This document shows, piece after piece, positions 49,146-59,528 of a DNA stretch of 64,000 bases; position 1 is the first letter of the stretch, and each line of letters starts with the position of its first letter. Source of the stretch: Phycisphaerae bacterium (GTDB lineage: Bacteria; Planctomycetota; Phycisphaerae; WQYP01). The notes beneath the pieces were generated by a model, which was not told the origin of the DNA, searched no databases, and was given only the letters and a program-made list of their open reading frames with translations. A program made the translations under genes and the position numbers. Where the stretch lies: contig JBBRWV010000002.1 of the NCBI GenBank assembly GCA_038248985.1, forward strand, positions 278 through 64,277, read 5' to 3'.

Positions 49146-50654
49146 ATGTCATCCTTCCAAAATCTCAAAACCCGCCTCGCCGACATCCACAACCTCCACA
49201 TGGCCTCCGCCGTCCTCGGCTGGGATCAACACACCTACATGCCCGCCCAGGGTGCCCCAGCCCGCTCCAAACAACTCGGCACCCTCGCCAAACTCGCCCA
49301 CGAAATGTTCGTCGCTCCCGAAACCCTAACCCTCCTCGCCGCCGCCGAATCCGAAGCCGCCGCCACCCCTGGTGACTCCGACGAACGCGCCTTCGTCCGC
49401 ATCGCCCGCCGCAACCTCGATAAATCCACTAAAGTCCCCACCTCCCTCGTCGTGGAAACCACCGAAGTCTGCTCCCTGGCCGACGGCATCTGGGCCCAAG
49501 CCCGCGCTGAAAATAACTACCCCGCCTTCGCTCCCTGGCTCGATCGCATCCTCAAACTCAAACGCCAATACGCCGCCGCAATCGGCATCCCCGCCGGCGG
49601 CGTCACCTACGACGTCCTCCTCGATGACTACGAAGAAGGCATGACCGTCGCCACCCTCAACCCCCTCTTCGAAACCCTCAAACAACACCTCATCCCCCTC
49701 GTCGCCAAAATCGTCCAGCACAAAGACCGCGTCTCCGACGAACCCCTCACCCGCGATTTCGACGAGCCCGCCCAGGAACAATTCTCCCGCACCGTCCTTC
49801 AGGAACTCGGCTACGATTTCACCCGCGGCCGTCTCGACCGCGCCGTCCACCCCTTCTGCACCAACTTCTCCCAGAACGACGTCCGCATCACCACCCGCTT
49901 CGAAAAAAACTGGATGCCCGGCGCACTCTTCGGCTCCCTCCACGAAATGGGCCACGCCTTCTATGAAATGGGCGTCGACCCCGCCTACGAAGCCACTCCC
50001 CTCGGCGGCGGCGTCTCCCTCGGCATCCACGAATCCCAATCCCGCCTCTGGGAAAACCTCGTCGGTCGTTCCCTCCCCTTCTGGGAACGCCACTTCCCCA
50101 TGCTCCAAAAAGCCTTCCCCACGCCCACCCGCAGCCTCACCCTCGAAAATTTCTGGCGCGCCATCAACTGCGTCTCACCCTCCTTCATCCGCGTCGAAGC
50201 CGACGAAGTTACCTACAATCTCCACATCATCCTCCGCTTCGAAATGGAACAGGAACTCCTCGAAAACCGCCTCTCCGTCAACGACGCACCCGCCGCCTGG
50301 AATGACCGCATGAAAAAATACCTCGCCATCACGCCCCCCACCGATCGCGAAGGCATCCTCCAGGACGTCCACTGGTCCGGCGGCGGCATCGGCTACTTCC
50401 CCACCTACACCCTCGGCACCGTCCTCGCCTCCCAACTCTTCGCCGCCGCCCGACGCGCTCTCCCCTCCCTCGATTCCGACCTCCGCACCGGCATCTACTC
50501 CCCCCTCCGCGAATGGCTCCGCACCCGCCTCCACCAGTTCGGCAGCAAATTCCCCCCGCAACAACTCATCCAAAAAGCCACCGGAAAACCCCTCTCCCCC
50601 GACGACTACCTCGCCTACCTCCAACAAAAATTCACCGCCATCTACGCCCTCTAA
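49146..50654 (+). CDS. M32-family carboxypeptidase (carboxypeptidase Taq-like, zinc metallopeptidase). The start is taken at MSSFQNLK.
   Basis: HExxH 'HEMGHAFYEMG'. 'HPFCTNF', 'DVRITTRF' and 'GIHESQSRLWEN' are the conserved M32 blocks. Confidence 0.85.
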   Translation: MSSFQNLKTRLADIHNLHMASAVLGWDQHTYMPAQGAPARSKQLGTLAKLAHEMFVAPETLTLLAAAESEAAATPGDSDERAFVRIARRNLDKSTKVPTSLVVETTEVCSLADGIWAQARAENNYPAFAPWLDRILKLKRQYAAAIGIPAGGVTYDVLLDDYEEGMTVATLNPLFETLKQHLIPLVAKIVQHKDRVSDEPLTRDFDEPAQEQFSRTVLQELGYDFTRGRLDRAVHPFCTNFSQNDVRITTRFEKNWMPGALFGSLHEMGHAFYEMGVDPAYEATPLGGGVSLGIHESQSRLWENLVGRSLPFWERHFPMLQKAFPTPTRSLTLENFWRAINCVSPSFIRVEADEVTYNLHIILRFEMEQELLENRLSVNDAPAAWNDRMKKYLAITPPTDREGILQDVHWSGGGIGYFPTYTLGTVLASQLFAAARRALPSLDSDLRTGIYSPLREWLRTRLHQFGSKFPPQQLIQKATGKPLSPDDYLAYLQQKFTAIYAL

Positions 50655-50762
50655 TTCCCCGCCGTCGTCGTCCACTTCACCCCTTCGTGTTTAATTTCCT
50701 CGTCGATGTCTTCGTCCTTTCGTGGTTCATTCCAAGTCGTCCCTTCGTGGTGCCCCCCCAAC

Positions 50763-51767
50763 CTACACCGGCGGACGCGAAGGCTTCACCGCTCGCCCTT
50801 CCTTCACCGACAAATACAACGCATCCATCAACCACGAATGCAATATCCCATATCGCACCGGACACCGCGGCTCCGCCTTCCCCAACAAACAATCAATAAA
50901 ATTAGCGTTCGGCGTGTAATGCTTCTGCGTCACCGGCGGATACTTGATCAACCCGCCCTTCTCATCAAAATGCTCCAAACGCCCCCCGTGAATCCCCGTG
51001 CTGATCCGACCCTTCTCCCCACTGATCCAAATCCCCTCCTGCCACCCCGGCGTGTTCCCCGAAATCGTCACGCTCCCCAAAATATTCCCCTCCCAACGTA
51101 TCGTCATCACCGCATTGATCTCCACCGGCGTCCCCTTGTTGTCCGCCCAGCAATACACCTCCTCCACCGGCCGATCCATCAACCACGCAATCGAATTAAA
51201 CAAATGCGCCCCGCTGTCATACATCTGACCTCCGCCCGATAGCGCCGGATCCTGCCGCCACGTCCCCTTCACCGCGTTCCGCCAACCCTGGCAACTGTAC
51301 GCCGTCACCGTCTGCAACTCCCCCAACCCTCCCGCCTGCAATACATCCCGTATATACGCATACTCCTGCGAATACGACGCCTGAAACGCAATCTGCAAAT
51401 GCCGTCCCGTCTTCTTCACCTGCTCCGCCAACTGCCGCGCATGATCGCTGCTCGTCACCATCGGCTTCTCCACCAGCACGTCGTACCCGTGCTCCAACGA
51501 CAGCATCGCCTGCGGAAAATGCAGCGCGTGCGGCGTCACCAAGGTCACCGCCCGCAGCCCCTTCGGCGGATCCTTCATCATCTCCTCCAGCGAATCGTAC
51601 AACCGTATCGACTCGTCCCCCTTGTACTGCTCCTTATGAAACTTCTCCAAATTCTCCCGCTTGATATCGCACAACGCCACCACCCGCGCCTCCGGAACAC
51701 CCTTGTAATAATTCGCGTGCGACCGACCCATGCTGCCACAACCAACAATCGCTACATCTACCGACAT
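50763..51767 (-). CDS. Gfo/Idh/MocA-family NAD(P)-dependent oxidoreductase.
   Basis: 'VAIVGCGSMGRSHANYY...ARVVALCDI' Rossmann N-terminus and an 'EKPM' motif. Confidence 0.75.
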   Translation of the reverse strand: MSVDVAIVGCGSMGRSHANYYKGVPEARVVALCDIKRENLEKFHKEQYKGDESIRLYDSLEEMMKDPPKGLRAVTLVTPHALHFPQAMLSLEHGYDVLVEKPMVTSSDHARQLAEQVKKTGRHLQIAFQASYSQEYAYIRDVLQAGGLGELQTVTAYSCQGWRNAVKGTWRQDPALSGGGQMYDSGAHLFNSIAWLMDRPVEEVYCWADNKGTPVEINAVMTIRWEGNILGSVTISGNTPGWQEGIWISGEKGRISTGIHGGRLEHFDEKGGLIKYPPVTQKHYTPNANFIDCLLGKAEPRCPVRYGILHSWLMDALYLSVKEGRAVKPSRPPV

Positions 51768-51850
51768 GCTTGTTCCTCATTTCATTCCCTTCCACCGCGG
51801 CCGATGGAATACACAAAAAGTTGCGCCGCCCACAGATATGCCACAAAAGA

Positions 51851-52174
51851 CTACCCCCGCGCGCCCCCTGTCGCAAGTGCCTCACCCGTCAATCGCATCA
51901 TCGTCCACTCCTCCAGCGGCACCGCACCCAGCGCCCGGTAAAACGCCACCGCCGGCGCATTCCAATCCAACACACTCCACTCCACCCGGCCATACCCCCG
52001 CGCCACCGCTATCCGCGCCAACTCCACCAGCATCCCCTTCCCCAACCCCCGCCCCCGATACGCCGGCTTCACATACAGATCCTCGAGATAAATCCCCGGC
52101 CGCCCCAAAAATGTCGAAAACGTCTTGAACCAGATCGCATAACCCACCACTTCTCCCTCCGCCTCCGCCACCAA
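51851..52174 (-). pseudogene. N-terminally truncated GNAT N-acetyltransferase. Only the C-terminal ~107 aa are present, containing motif A, and the ORF starts at a TTG.
   Basis: 'YRGRGLGKGMLVELARIAVARGYGRVEWSVLDWNAPAVAFYRALGA' is GNAT motif A/B. A stop codon lies just upstream in frame, with no ATG. About 34 nt separate it from the aspC stop. Confidence 0.4.
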
Positions 52175-52208
52175 CGCCTCCCCCGCCCCCCGTGAAACAC
52201 CACTCCCC

Positions 52209-53417
52209 TCACCCCCCCTTCAAAAACTTCTCCAACCGATCCAATCCCTTGTCAATATTCCCCATGCTCGTCGCAAAACTCAATCGCACATGATCCGGAA
52301 ACCCAAAATCATTCCCCGGCACCAACGCCACATGCGCCTCCTCCAGCACCGCCGTCGAAAACGCCACCGCCTCCACCGCCACCGTCCCCTTCAACCCCAG
52401 CGGCTTGCCCAAATGCCCCGCAATGCTCGGAAAACAATAAAACGCCCCCGTCGGCCGCACGCACGTCACCCCCGCCATCGCATTCAAACGCTTCCACATG
52501 TGCTCGCCCCGCACCTCAAATTCCTTCCGCATCTTCTCCACCTCCACCGCGCTCTGCGGGTTCGTATACGCCTCCACAATCGCCGGAAAACAAAAACTCG
52601 TGATGTTGCTCGTCATCTGGCTCTGCAACTTGTTCATCGCCTCGATCAGCCCCTTCGGCCCCGCCGTGTACCCAATCCGCCAACCCGTCATCGCAAACGT
52701 CTTGCTCAAACAATTGCATGTGATCGTCCGATCCTTCCACGTCGCCCAATCCAGCGCCGCCCAGCTGATCGTCTTCTGATCCCCATACAAAAGCTTCTCG
52801 TAAATCTCATCACTGCACACCCACACATCCTTGTGCGGCGCAATCACCTTCGCCAACGCCCCCAACTCCTCCGGCGTATACGTGTGACCGCCCGGATTGC
52901 TCGGCGAATTCATCACCACCATCCGCGTCTTCGGCGTGATCGCCTGCGCCAACTGCTCCGGCGTGATCCGGAAATTGTTCTTCGGATCCCCCTTCACAAT
53001 CACCGGCACGCCCCCCGCCAACTTCACCATCTCCGGATAACTCACCCAATACGGCGCCGGAATAATCACCTCGTCCCCCGCATTCAACGTCGCCATGTAC
53101 GCCACGTACAACGAATGCTTCCCGCCCACACTGATAATGATCTGCTCCGCCGGATACTCAATCCCGTTCTCCCGCTTCAACTTCTCGCTGATCGCACGCC
53201 GCGCCTCAATCGTCCCCGGCGTCGGCTCGTACTTCGTCTTCCCCGCCATCAACGCCTTCACCGCCGCATCCTTAATGAAACTCGGCGTATCAAAATCCGG
53301 CTCCCCCGCCCCAAAACTCACCACGTCCACCCCCGCCTTCTTCAGCGCATTCGCCTTCGCCGTCACCGCCAGTGTGATCGATTCCGCAATGTCATTCAAA
53401 CGATTCGCCAGCTGCAT
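52209..53417 (-). CDS. aspC: Aspartate/aromatic amino acid aminotransferase (class I, PLP-dependent).
   Basis: 'VVSFGAGEPDFDTP' and 'NSPSNPGG' blocks and the Lys region 'SKTFAMTGWRIGY'. 402 aa. Confidence 0.8.
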   Translation of the reverse strand: MQLANRLNDIAESITLAVTAKANALKKAGVDVVSFGAGEPDFDTPSFIKDAAVKALMAGKTKYEPTPGTIEARRAISEKLKRENGIEYPAEQIIISVGGKHSLYVAYMATLNAGDEVIIPAPYWVSYPEMVKLAGGVPVIVKGDPKNNFRITPEQLAQAITPKTRMVVMNSPSNPGGHTYTPEELGALAKVIAPHKDVWVCSDEIYEKLLYGDQKTISWAALDWATWKDRTITCNCLSKTFAMTGWRIGYTAGPKGLIEAMNKLQSQMTSNITSFCFPAIVEAYTNPQSAVEVEKMRKEFEVRGEHMWKRLNAMAGVTCVRPTGAFYCFPSIAGHLGKPLGLKGTVAVEAVAFSTAVLEEAHVALVPGNDFGFPDHVRLSFATSMGNIDKGLDRLEKFLKGG

Positions 53418-53541
53418 AAAGATTCTCCGCCATCAAAAATAAAAACTGTCCATGAAATAATTAGCGACTCATAACCCGGCTGTAAACCGCTCGTCGTCCA
53501 TTTACCAATGGCTGTTTCTGCCAGCCACTCATTCCAGTGCG

Positions 53542-55074
53542 TCACTTCCCGTCCGATACCGTCTTCACCATCGGCACCGCCTCGCCGCCACGCATCTGCA
53601 AACCCGCCTTGCTCGTCGCATTCAGCAGCGGCCACGGCATCACCCCAAACGCCACCACCGCCAGCGTGCATACCAACGCCGCCACCTTCAACGGCAGCTT
53701 CGACCGCACCACAAACGGATACAACGCGTCCCGCAAATACATCGTCGCGATAATCTTCAAATAATACGCCGCCGCTATCGCCGCGTTGATCACCACAATC
53801 ACCGCAAGCAGAGTGTGCCCGTTCGCCAACGCCGCCTGAATAATGTACAGCTTGCCCAAAAATCCAATCGTCAGCGGCATCCCGATCAACGAAAACAAAC
53901 ACAGCATCATCAGCAACGCCGCCACCGGCTGATCTTTCGACACCCCCGCCAAATCATCCAAATCCTCCCCCGCATCCGCCTTCCCCTGCAGATAAATCAA
54001 CACCGAAAAAGCCCCCAGGTTCATGATCGCATACCCACCCAAATAAAACAGCACCGCGTTCACCCCGTCCGCCCCCGCATCGCCCCGTCCCGGCCCCGCC
54101 ACCAACCCCACCAGCATGTACCCCGAATGCGCAATCGACGAATACGCCAGCATCCGCTTCACGTTCCGCTGCAACAACGCCAGCACATTGCCGATCGTCA
54201 TCGTCAAAATCGCCATCACCGTCAGCAACGTCTGTATCGCCCCGCCGTTCGTCCCCACAAAATTAAAATCCACCAGCGTCAGCAAACTGACGATCGCCAC
54301 AAATCCCGCCGCCTTCGGCGCAAATGCCAAAAATGCCGTCACCGGCGTCGCCGCACCCTGGTACACGTCCGGCGTGTAAAAATGCAATGGCACCGCCGCG
54401 ATCTTGTACGCAATCCCCACAATCGCCATCAGCAACCCGATCATCGCCAGCGCCGAAATCTCGTGCGTCATGAAAAACTTGCTGATCTCCACAAAATTCG
54501 TCGACCCCGTCGCCCCGTAAATGTAGCTGAACCCAAACAGAAAAATCGCCGCCGCCAACGCCCCCAGGAAAAAATACTTCACCCCCGCCTCTTGCGCCGC
54601 CGCCTGCCCACGACCCGTCGCCACCAATATGTACGTCGGTATCGACACCAGCTCCAGCACGATAAACAACCACACCAGGTCGTTCACCTTCCCGATCATC
54701 GCCACCCCCGCCAGCGAAAACAGCATCATCCCGAAAAACTCCCCCCGCATATGACTGTCCGTATTCGTCGGATCATTCTTCGAGGGCATGTCCCACGCAG
54801 AAAGCACCGACAAAAAACCAATCCCGCACGCCAAAATCGTGATGTACTGCGGATTAAAATACTTCGCCGCCGGCAACAACGCCGTCGCTGAAAAACTCTC
54901 CCCATTCCCCAACAACCCCAAACTTCCCAAAAACGCCGCACCCAACCCCGCCGCCGCCAGCACCTGCGTCAGCTTCCGCGTCGCATCCTTGCCCGACAAA
55001 CCCAGCAGCGTCACCACGCACGCCGTCACCAATATGATGATCTCCGGAATCAAAAACTTGACGTCCAGTTCCAC
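53542..55074 (-). CDS. nuoN: NADH-quinone oxidoreductase subunit N.
   Basis: 14-TM antiporter-like subunit. Last in a nuoJ-K-L-M-N order. 'SIAHSGYML' conserved block. Confidence 0.8.
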   Translation of the reverse strand: MELDVKFLIPEIIILVTACVVTLLGLSGKDATRKLTQVLAAAGLGAAFLGSLGLLGNGESFSATALLPAAKYFNPQYITILACGIGFLSVLSAWDMPSKNDPTNTDSHMRGEFFGMMLFSLAGVAMIGKVNDLVWLFIVLELVSIPTYILVATGRGQAAAQEAGVKYFFLGALAAAIFLFGFSYIYGATGSTNFVEISKFFMTHEISALAMIGLLMAIVGIAYKIAAVPLHFYTPDVYQGAATPVTAFLAFAPKAAGFVAIVSLLTLVDFNFVGTNGGAIQTLLTVMAILTMTIGNVLALLQRNVKRMLAYSSIAHSGYMLVGLVAGPGRGDAGADGVNAVLFYLGGYAIMNLGAFSVLIYLQGKADAGEDLDDLAGVSKDQPVAALLMMLCLFSLIGMPLTIGFLGKLYIIQAALANGHTLLAVIVVINAAIAAAYYLKIIATMYLRDALYPFVVRSKLPLKVAALVCTLAVVAFGVMPWPLLNATSKAGLQMRGGEAVPMVKTVSDGK

Positions 55075-55149
55075 GCTTTACCTCTTCTTCAAGCCGCTCG
55101 GCTTCATTCCATTTTCGCGGCTCCTTGCAGCCGCCGTCTCAATCAACTT

Positions 55150-56922
55150 TCAATTGCCCGCTTCGTGCTTTCCCGTCTCCTGCGCCCCCGCCTCCGCCGC
55201 ATTCACCTTCATCGCCGTGTGCGTCGTGTCGATCCGCATCGTCTCCACCATCTTTCTCACCGGCGCCTTCAACGTCTCCATCACCGGCATCGGATACACC
55301 CCCAACACCACCACCAGCGCCCCAATCGGCACCAGCACCGCCCATTCCCGGCCTGACAAATCACGCGCCTTCTCCTGCACCGCGTGCTCATCATCATGCC
55401 CGCTCCCCTCTTCATGCACCGGCTCCTTCAAGGGCCCAAACACCACGCGCCCCGCCCAGTACAACAAATACACCGCACCCAAAATCACCCCCGTCGCCGC
55501 CGTAATCGCATACGCCGGCCCCAAATTCCCATACACCCACGTTTGCTGCATGTCGCCCCCCGTCTTCTGCCCGCTCACAAACGTCCCCACCAATACCAAA
55601 AATTCACTCACAAATCCGTTCAACCCCGGCAACGCCACCGAACTCATCACAAAGAAAATCGCAAAGAACGCCAACGCCGGCGTCCGCCGCACCAGCCCCG
55701 AAAGCTGGTTCATGTCCCGCGTGTGATACCGCTCATAAATCATCCCCACGATCAGGAACAACGCCCCCGTCGATAGCCCGTGGTTGATCATGTACAACAC
55801 GCTCCCCATCACCCCCTCTTCCGTCATCGCAAACATCCCCAACACGCAAAATCCCAAATGGCTCACCGATGAATACGCAATCAGCTTCTTCATGTCCCCC
55901 TGCACCCAACTCACCAACGCCCCGTAAATAATCCCAATGATGCACACCACCGCCACATACGGCGCATACGTCTGCGCCGCCAACGGCAATATCGGCAGCA
56001 AAAATCTCAAAATCGCATACGTCCCCAGCTTCAGCAACACCCCCGCCAAAATAACCGAACCCGCCGTCGGCGCTTCCGTGTGCGCCAAAGGCAACCACGT
56101 ATGCACCGGAAACAGCGGCACCTTCACCGCAAACCCCGCAAACATGCCGAAAAACAAAATCGTCTGCAGCCCCAGCGGCAATTGGCTCCCCGTCGCATAC
56201 AAATCCGTATACGCAAACGATATGTACCCCGCACCCTTCACATACTCCACCACCCGCCCCGCCTCGGCGCTATACGCCGAGTACCCGTTCGAAAACAAAA
56301 ACGCGATGTACAACAGCGACACCAGCGTCAGCACGCTGCCCGAAAACGTAAACAGGAAAAACTTCCCCGCCGCCTTCCGCCGTTCCGCGCCGCCCCATAT
56401 CCCAATAATGAAAAACATCGGGATCAGCGTGAACTCGAAAAACAGGTAGAAAACCAGCACGTCCATCGCACAGAAAACGCCCAGCATCGCCGCATGTAGC
56501 ACCAGCATCCATGCGTAAAACTCCGGCTGCCGCTGCTTGATGTAATTGAAACTCGCCAATATCGAAATCGGCGTCAACACCGCCGCCAACACCACCAGCC
56601 ATAAACTGATCGTGTCCATCCCCATGCTGAACTTCACGCCAAAACTCGGCAACCACTCGTAACTGAACTGGTGATACCACCCCGCCTTGTCCGCACCTTC
56701 CACACGGTACGCCGGAAACTTCGCCACCATCCACCCCACCATGACCAGCGGCACCAGCGATATCACAAACGCCAGCACCCCCGACAACTTCGGATTCCCC
56801 TTCGGCGTGATCAACGGCAACAACAACGCCCCAATCACCGGCACCAACACCAATATCGGTATCGTCCAGTCCTTGACCGCTGTCTCCGCCACCTGGGCTA
56901 CTATGGGCATCATCATTTGCAT
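55150..56922 (-). CDS. nuoM: NADH-quinone oxidoreductase subunit M.
   Basis: Antiporter-like subunit 'WLPLAHTEAPTAGSVILAGVLLKLGTYAILRF'. Position between nuoL and nuoN. Confidence 0.8.
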   Translation of the reverse strand: MQMMMPIVAQVAETAVKDWTIPILVLVPVIGALLLPLITPKGNPKLSGVLAFVISLVPLVMVGWMVAKFPAYRVEGADKAGWYHQFSYEWLPSFGVKFSMGMDTISLWLVVLAAVLTPISILASFNYIKQRQPEFYAWMLVLHAAMLGVFCAMDVLVFYLFFEFTLIPMFFIIGIWGGAERRKAAGKFFLFTFSGSVLTLVSLLYIAFLFSNGYSAYSAEAGRVVEYVKGAGYISFAYTDLYATGSQLPLGLQTILFFGMFAGFAVKVPLFPVHTWLPLAHTEAPTAGSVILAGVLLKLGTYAILRFLLPILPLAAQTYAPYVAVVCIIGIIYGALVSWVQGDMKKLIAYSSVSHLGFCVLGMFAMTEEGVMGSVLYMINHGLSTGALFLIVGMIYERYHTRDMNQLSGLVRRTPALAFFAIFFVMSSVALPGLNGFVSEFLVLVGTFVSGQKTGGDMQQTWVYGNLGPAYAITAATGVILGAVYLLYWAGRVVFGPLKEPVHEEGSGHDDEHAVQEKARDLSGREWAVLVPIGALVVVLGVYPMPVMETLKAPVRKMVETMRIDTTHTAMKVNAAEAGAQETGKHEAGN

Positions 56923-57007
56923 CCGCGTGTCATCCGATATCTCGTCTTCTTAATTCTCATTTCGTCCGTCGTTCGGCTTCGTCCTGCTTGATCCTTGCTT
57001 CTGAATC

Positions 57008-59095
57008 CTACTTCATCAAATACAACACACCCAACACCACCGCCGTCAATCCCGCAATCATCCCCACCGCATAACGCCCCAACAACCCGCGCTGCGTCGG
57101 CTTCAACGTGTAACCCGCCAACTGCGGCCCAAATCCCACCATGAACACCACCCCATCCACCACGTACCGATCCACGATCGACAGGATGTGCCCCAGCACC
57201 CACAAACTCTTCGTAATCAGCACCTTGTAAATCTCATCGATGTACCACTTGTTATAAAGAAACGCGACCAGCGGCTTCAAATTCGCCCCCACAATGTCCG
57301 CCGCATGACGATTCATCCAATGAAAATACGCCGCAAGCAAAATCCCCACCACCGCAATCGACCCACTCAAAATCATCATCCCACCGTGACTGATCCGCTC
57401 CACATGCGCCGTCGCCTTCACCGCGACCTCCGCCCCATGACCGCCCCCGCCGAATACCGGCGCCAAAAAGTGATGTATCCACCCGCCCTGCCCGCCAGCC
57501 CCACCGAAATAACCCAGCAAACCCGCCCCCGCCGCTCCCACACACAAAATCAGCAACGGCACCCACATCAGCGGCGAACCATCCAACTTCATCTTCGTCG
57601 CGTCGCCATGACTGTGACCATGCCCAGCATCATGCCCCGCAACATGCCCCGCGTCATGCCCGTGAACCGCATGATCCCCCTGACCATGCCCCTGCTCCTC
57701 CGCCAAGGCAAACGGACTCGCCTCATGCCCCCCCGCATTCGGCGGCAAACTCACCGGACCCATGAACACCCGGAAAAATAACCGGAACGTGTAATACGCC
57801 GTCAGCAACGCCACCCCTACCCCCACAATCCCAAATACCAATCCCGCCGTCGTCTCGCTGTTCAACGCCGCGGCCAAAATCTCATCCTTGCTCCAGAACC
57901 CCGCGAACGGCGGCACCCCCGCCAACGCCAAACATCCAATCAACATCGTAAAACAGGTGATCGGCATCACCTTCCGCACGCCGCTCATCTTCCGAATATC
58001 CAACTCCCCGCCCATCGCATGCATCACCGAACCGGCGCTCAAAAACAACAGCGCCTTGAACCACGCATGGGTAAACACGTGAAACACCCCCGAAGCCGTC
58101 GCCCCCACGCCCAACCCCAAAAACATGTACCCCAACTGCGACAGCGTCGAATACGCCCAAATCTTCTTCAAGTCATACTGGCACAACGCCATCGTCGCCG
58201 CCATGAACGCCGTAAACCCGCCCACGCACGCCACCACGATCAACGCGTCCGCATGAAACACCGGCATGCACCGCGCAATCAAATACACCCCCGCCGTCAC
58301 CATCGTCGCCGCATGAATCAATGCCGACACCGGCGTCGGACCTTCCATCGCGTCCGGCAACCATACATGCAACGGAAACTGCGCCGACTTCCCAAACGCC
58401 CCCAGCATCAGGCAATACGGTATCCACCCCAACGCCGCAATCTGCCCCGCCGTCAGATGCCCGTGCGCAACCATCCCAAAAAACTTCGTGTATTCCACCG
58501 TCCCGAAATTGGCATAGATCAGAAATATCCCGATCGCCAGCCCAAAATCCCCAATCCGATTCGTGATAAACGCCTTCTTCGCCGCCGCCACCGCGCTCGG
58601 CCGCGGATAGTAGTACCCAATCAACAGGTAGCTCGCCAACCCCACCCCTTCCCAACCCAAATACAACACCACAAAATTGTTTCCCATCACCAGCACGGTC
58701 ATGGCAAACACAAACAAACTCAAATACGCGAAAAACCGCCAAAAACCATAGTCCCCCTTCATGTACCCCGCCGCAAATACAAATATCAGCGTCCCGATCA
58801 CCGTTACAAACGTCAAATACAACGCCGTCAACTGATCAATATAATACGCCGCAGGTACCTTGAAACTCCCCGCCGCAAACCACTCATAGACCGTCTCCTG
58901 CAGCGGCCGCTCTATCGTCCCATTGCTGAACCCGCACAACAACCCCACCGACAACGCCACCGATCCCAGCATCGCCAATATCGCCGGCACCGCCGCCCCA
59001 CCCTTCAACCACTTCCCAAACACCCCAATAAAACACGCCGCCACCAACGGCAACAGCGGTATCAACCAAGGCTTACTTATCGCAAACTCGATCAC
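57008..59095 (-). CDS. nuoL: NADH-quinone oxidoreductase subunit L, with a C-terminal long-helix region and a His/Gly-rich insert. It has a GTG start.
   Basis: 'WLPDAMEGPTPVSALIHAATMVTAGVYL' is the canonical NuoL/ND5 block. 695 aa. Confidence 0.85.
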   Translation of the reverse strand: MIEFAISKPWLIPLLPLVAACFIGVFGKWLKGGAAVPAILAMLGSVALSVGLLCGFSNGTIERPLQETVYEWFAAGSFKVPAAYYIDQLTALYLTFVTVIGTLIFVFAAGYMKGDYGFWRFFAYLSLFVFAMTVLVMGNNFVVLYLGWEGVGLASYLLIGYYYPRPSAVAAAKKAFITNRIGDFGLAIGIFLIYANFGTVEYTKFFGMVAHGHLTAGQIAALGWIPYCLMLGAFGKSAQFPLHVWLPDAMEGPTPVSALIHAATMVTAGVYLIARCMPVFHADALIVVACVGGFTAFMAATMALCQYDLKKIWAYSTLSQLGYMFLGLGVGATASGVFHVFTHAWFKALLFLSAGSVMHAMGGELDIRKMSGVRKVMPITCFTMLIGCLALAGVPPFAGFWSKDEILAAALNSETTAGLVFGIVGVGVALLTAYYTFRLFFRVFMGPVSLPPNAGGHEASPFALAEEQGHGQGDHAVHGHDAGHVAGHDAGHGHSHGDATKMKLDGSPLMWVPLLILCVGAAGAGLLGYFGGAGGQGGWIHHFLAPVFGGGGHGAEVAVKATAHVERISHGGMMILSGSIAVVGILLAAYFHWMNRHAADIVGANLKPLVAFLYNKWYIDEIYKVLITKSLWVLGHILSIVDRYVVDGVVFMVGFGPQLAGYTLKPTQRGLLGRYAVGMIAGLTAVVLGVLYLMK

Positions 59096-59151
59096 GAAAT
59101 TCTCCGAGAAGGAGGAACCGGTTTCAGTCGCCCAAGGTCAGCGCTACTCAC

Positions 59152-59179
59152 TGATCCCTGGCCCCTGATCCCTGGCCCC
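59152..59179. repeat. Perfect tandem duplication of the 14-bp unit TGATCCCTGGCCCC in the nuoK-nuoL intergenic spacer.
   Basis: Read directly: ctGATCCCTGGCCCCTGATCCCTGGCCCCt. Confidence 0.85.
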
Positions 59180-59184
59180 TTCGT

Positions 59185-59493
59185 TTATCCTTGCATCTCC
59201 GACCACGCATCCGCATTCAGCGTCTCACGCTTACGGAACAGCAACACCACCAGGCCCAGCGCCAATGCCGCCTCCGCCGCCGCGATCGACAACAGAAACA
59301 CCACAAAGCTCTGGCCCGACGGATTCATATGAAAACGCGAAAACGCCACCAAATTCAACGCCACCCCCTGGAACATGATCTCCGTGCTCAAAAACATCAT
59401 GATCAAATTCCGCCGCGTCATAAACCCCACCATCCCAATCCCAAACAGGATCGCCCCCACCACCAAGTAATGATAAAGTTCAATCTGCGTCAT
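59185..59493 (-). CDS. nuoK: NADH-quinone oxidoreductase subunit K.
   Basis: 102 aa with 3 TM helices. 'LIMMFLSTEIMFQGVALNLVAFS'. Confidence 0.85.
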   Translation of the reverse strand: MTQIELYHYLVVGAILFGIGMVGFMTRRNLIMMFLSTEIMFQGVALNLVAFSRFHMNPSGQSFVVFLLSIAAAEAALALGLVVLLFRKRETLNADAWSEMQG

Positions 59494-59528
59494 CGTTCAC
59501 CAAAAATTCGCCAAAGCGTAATAATTCG

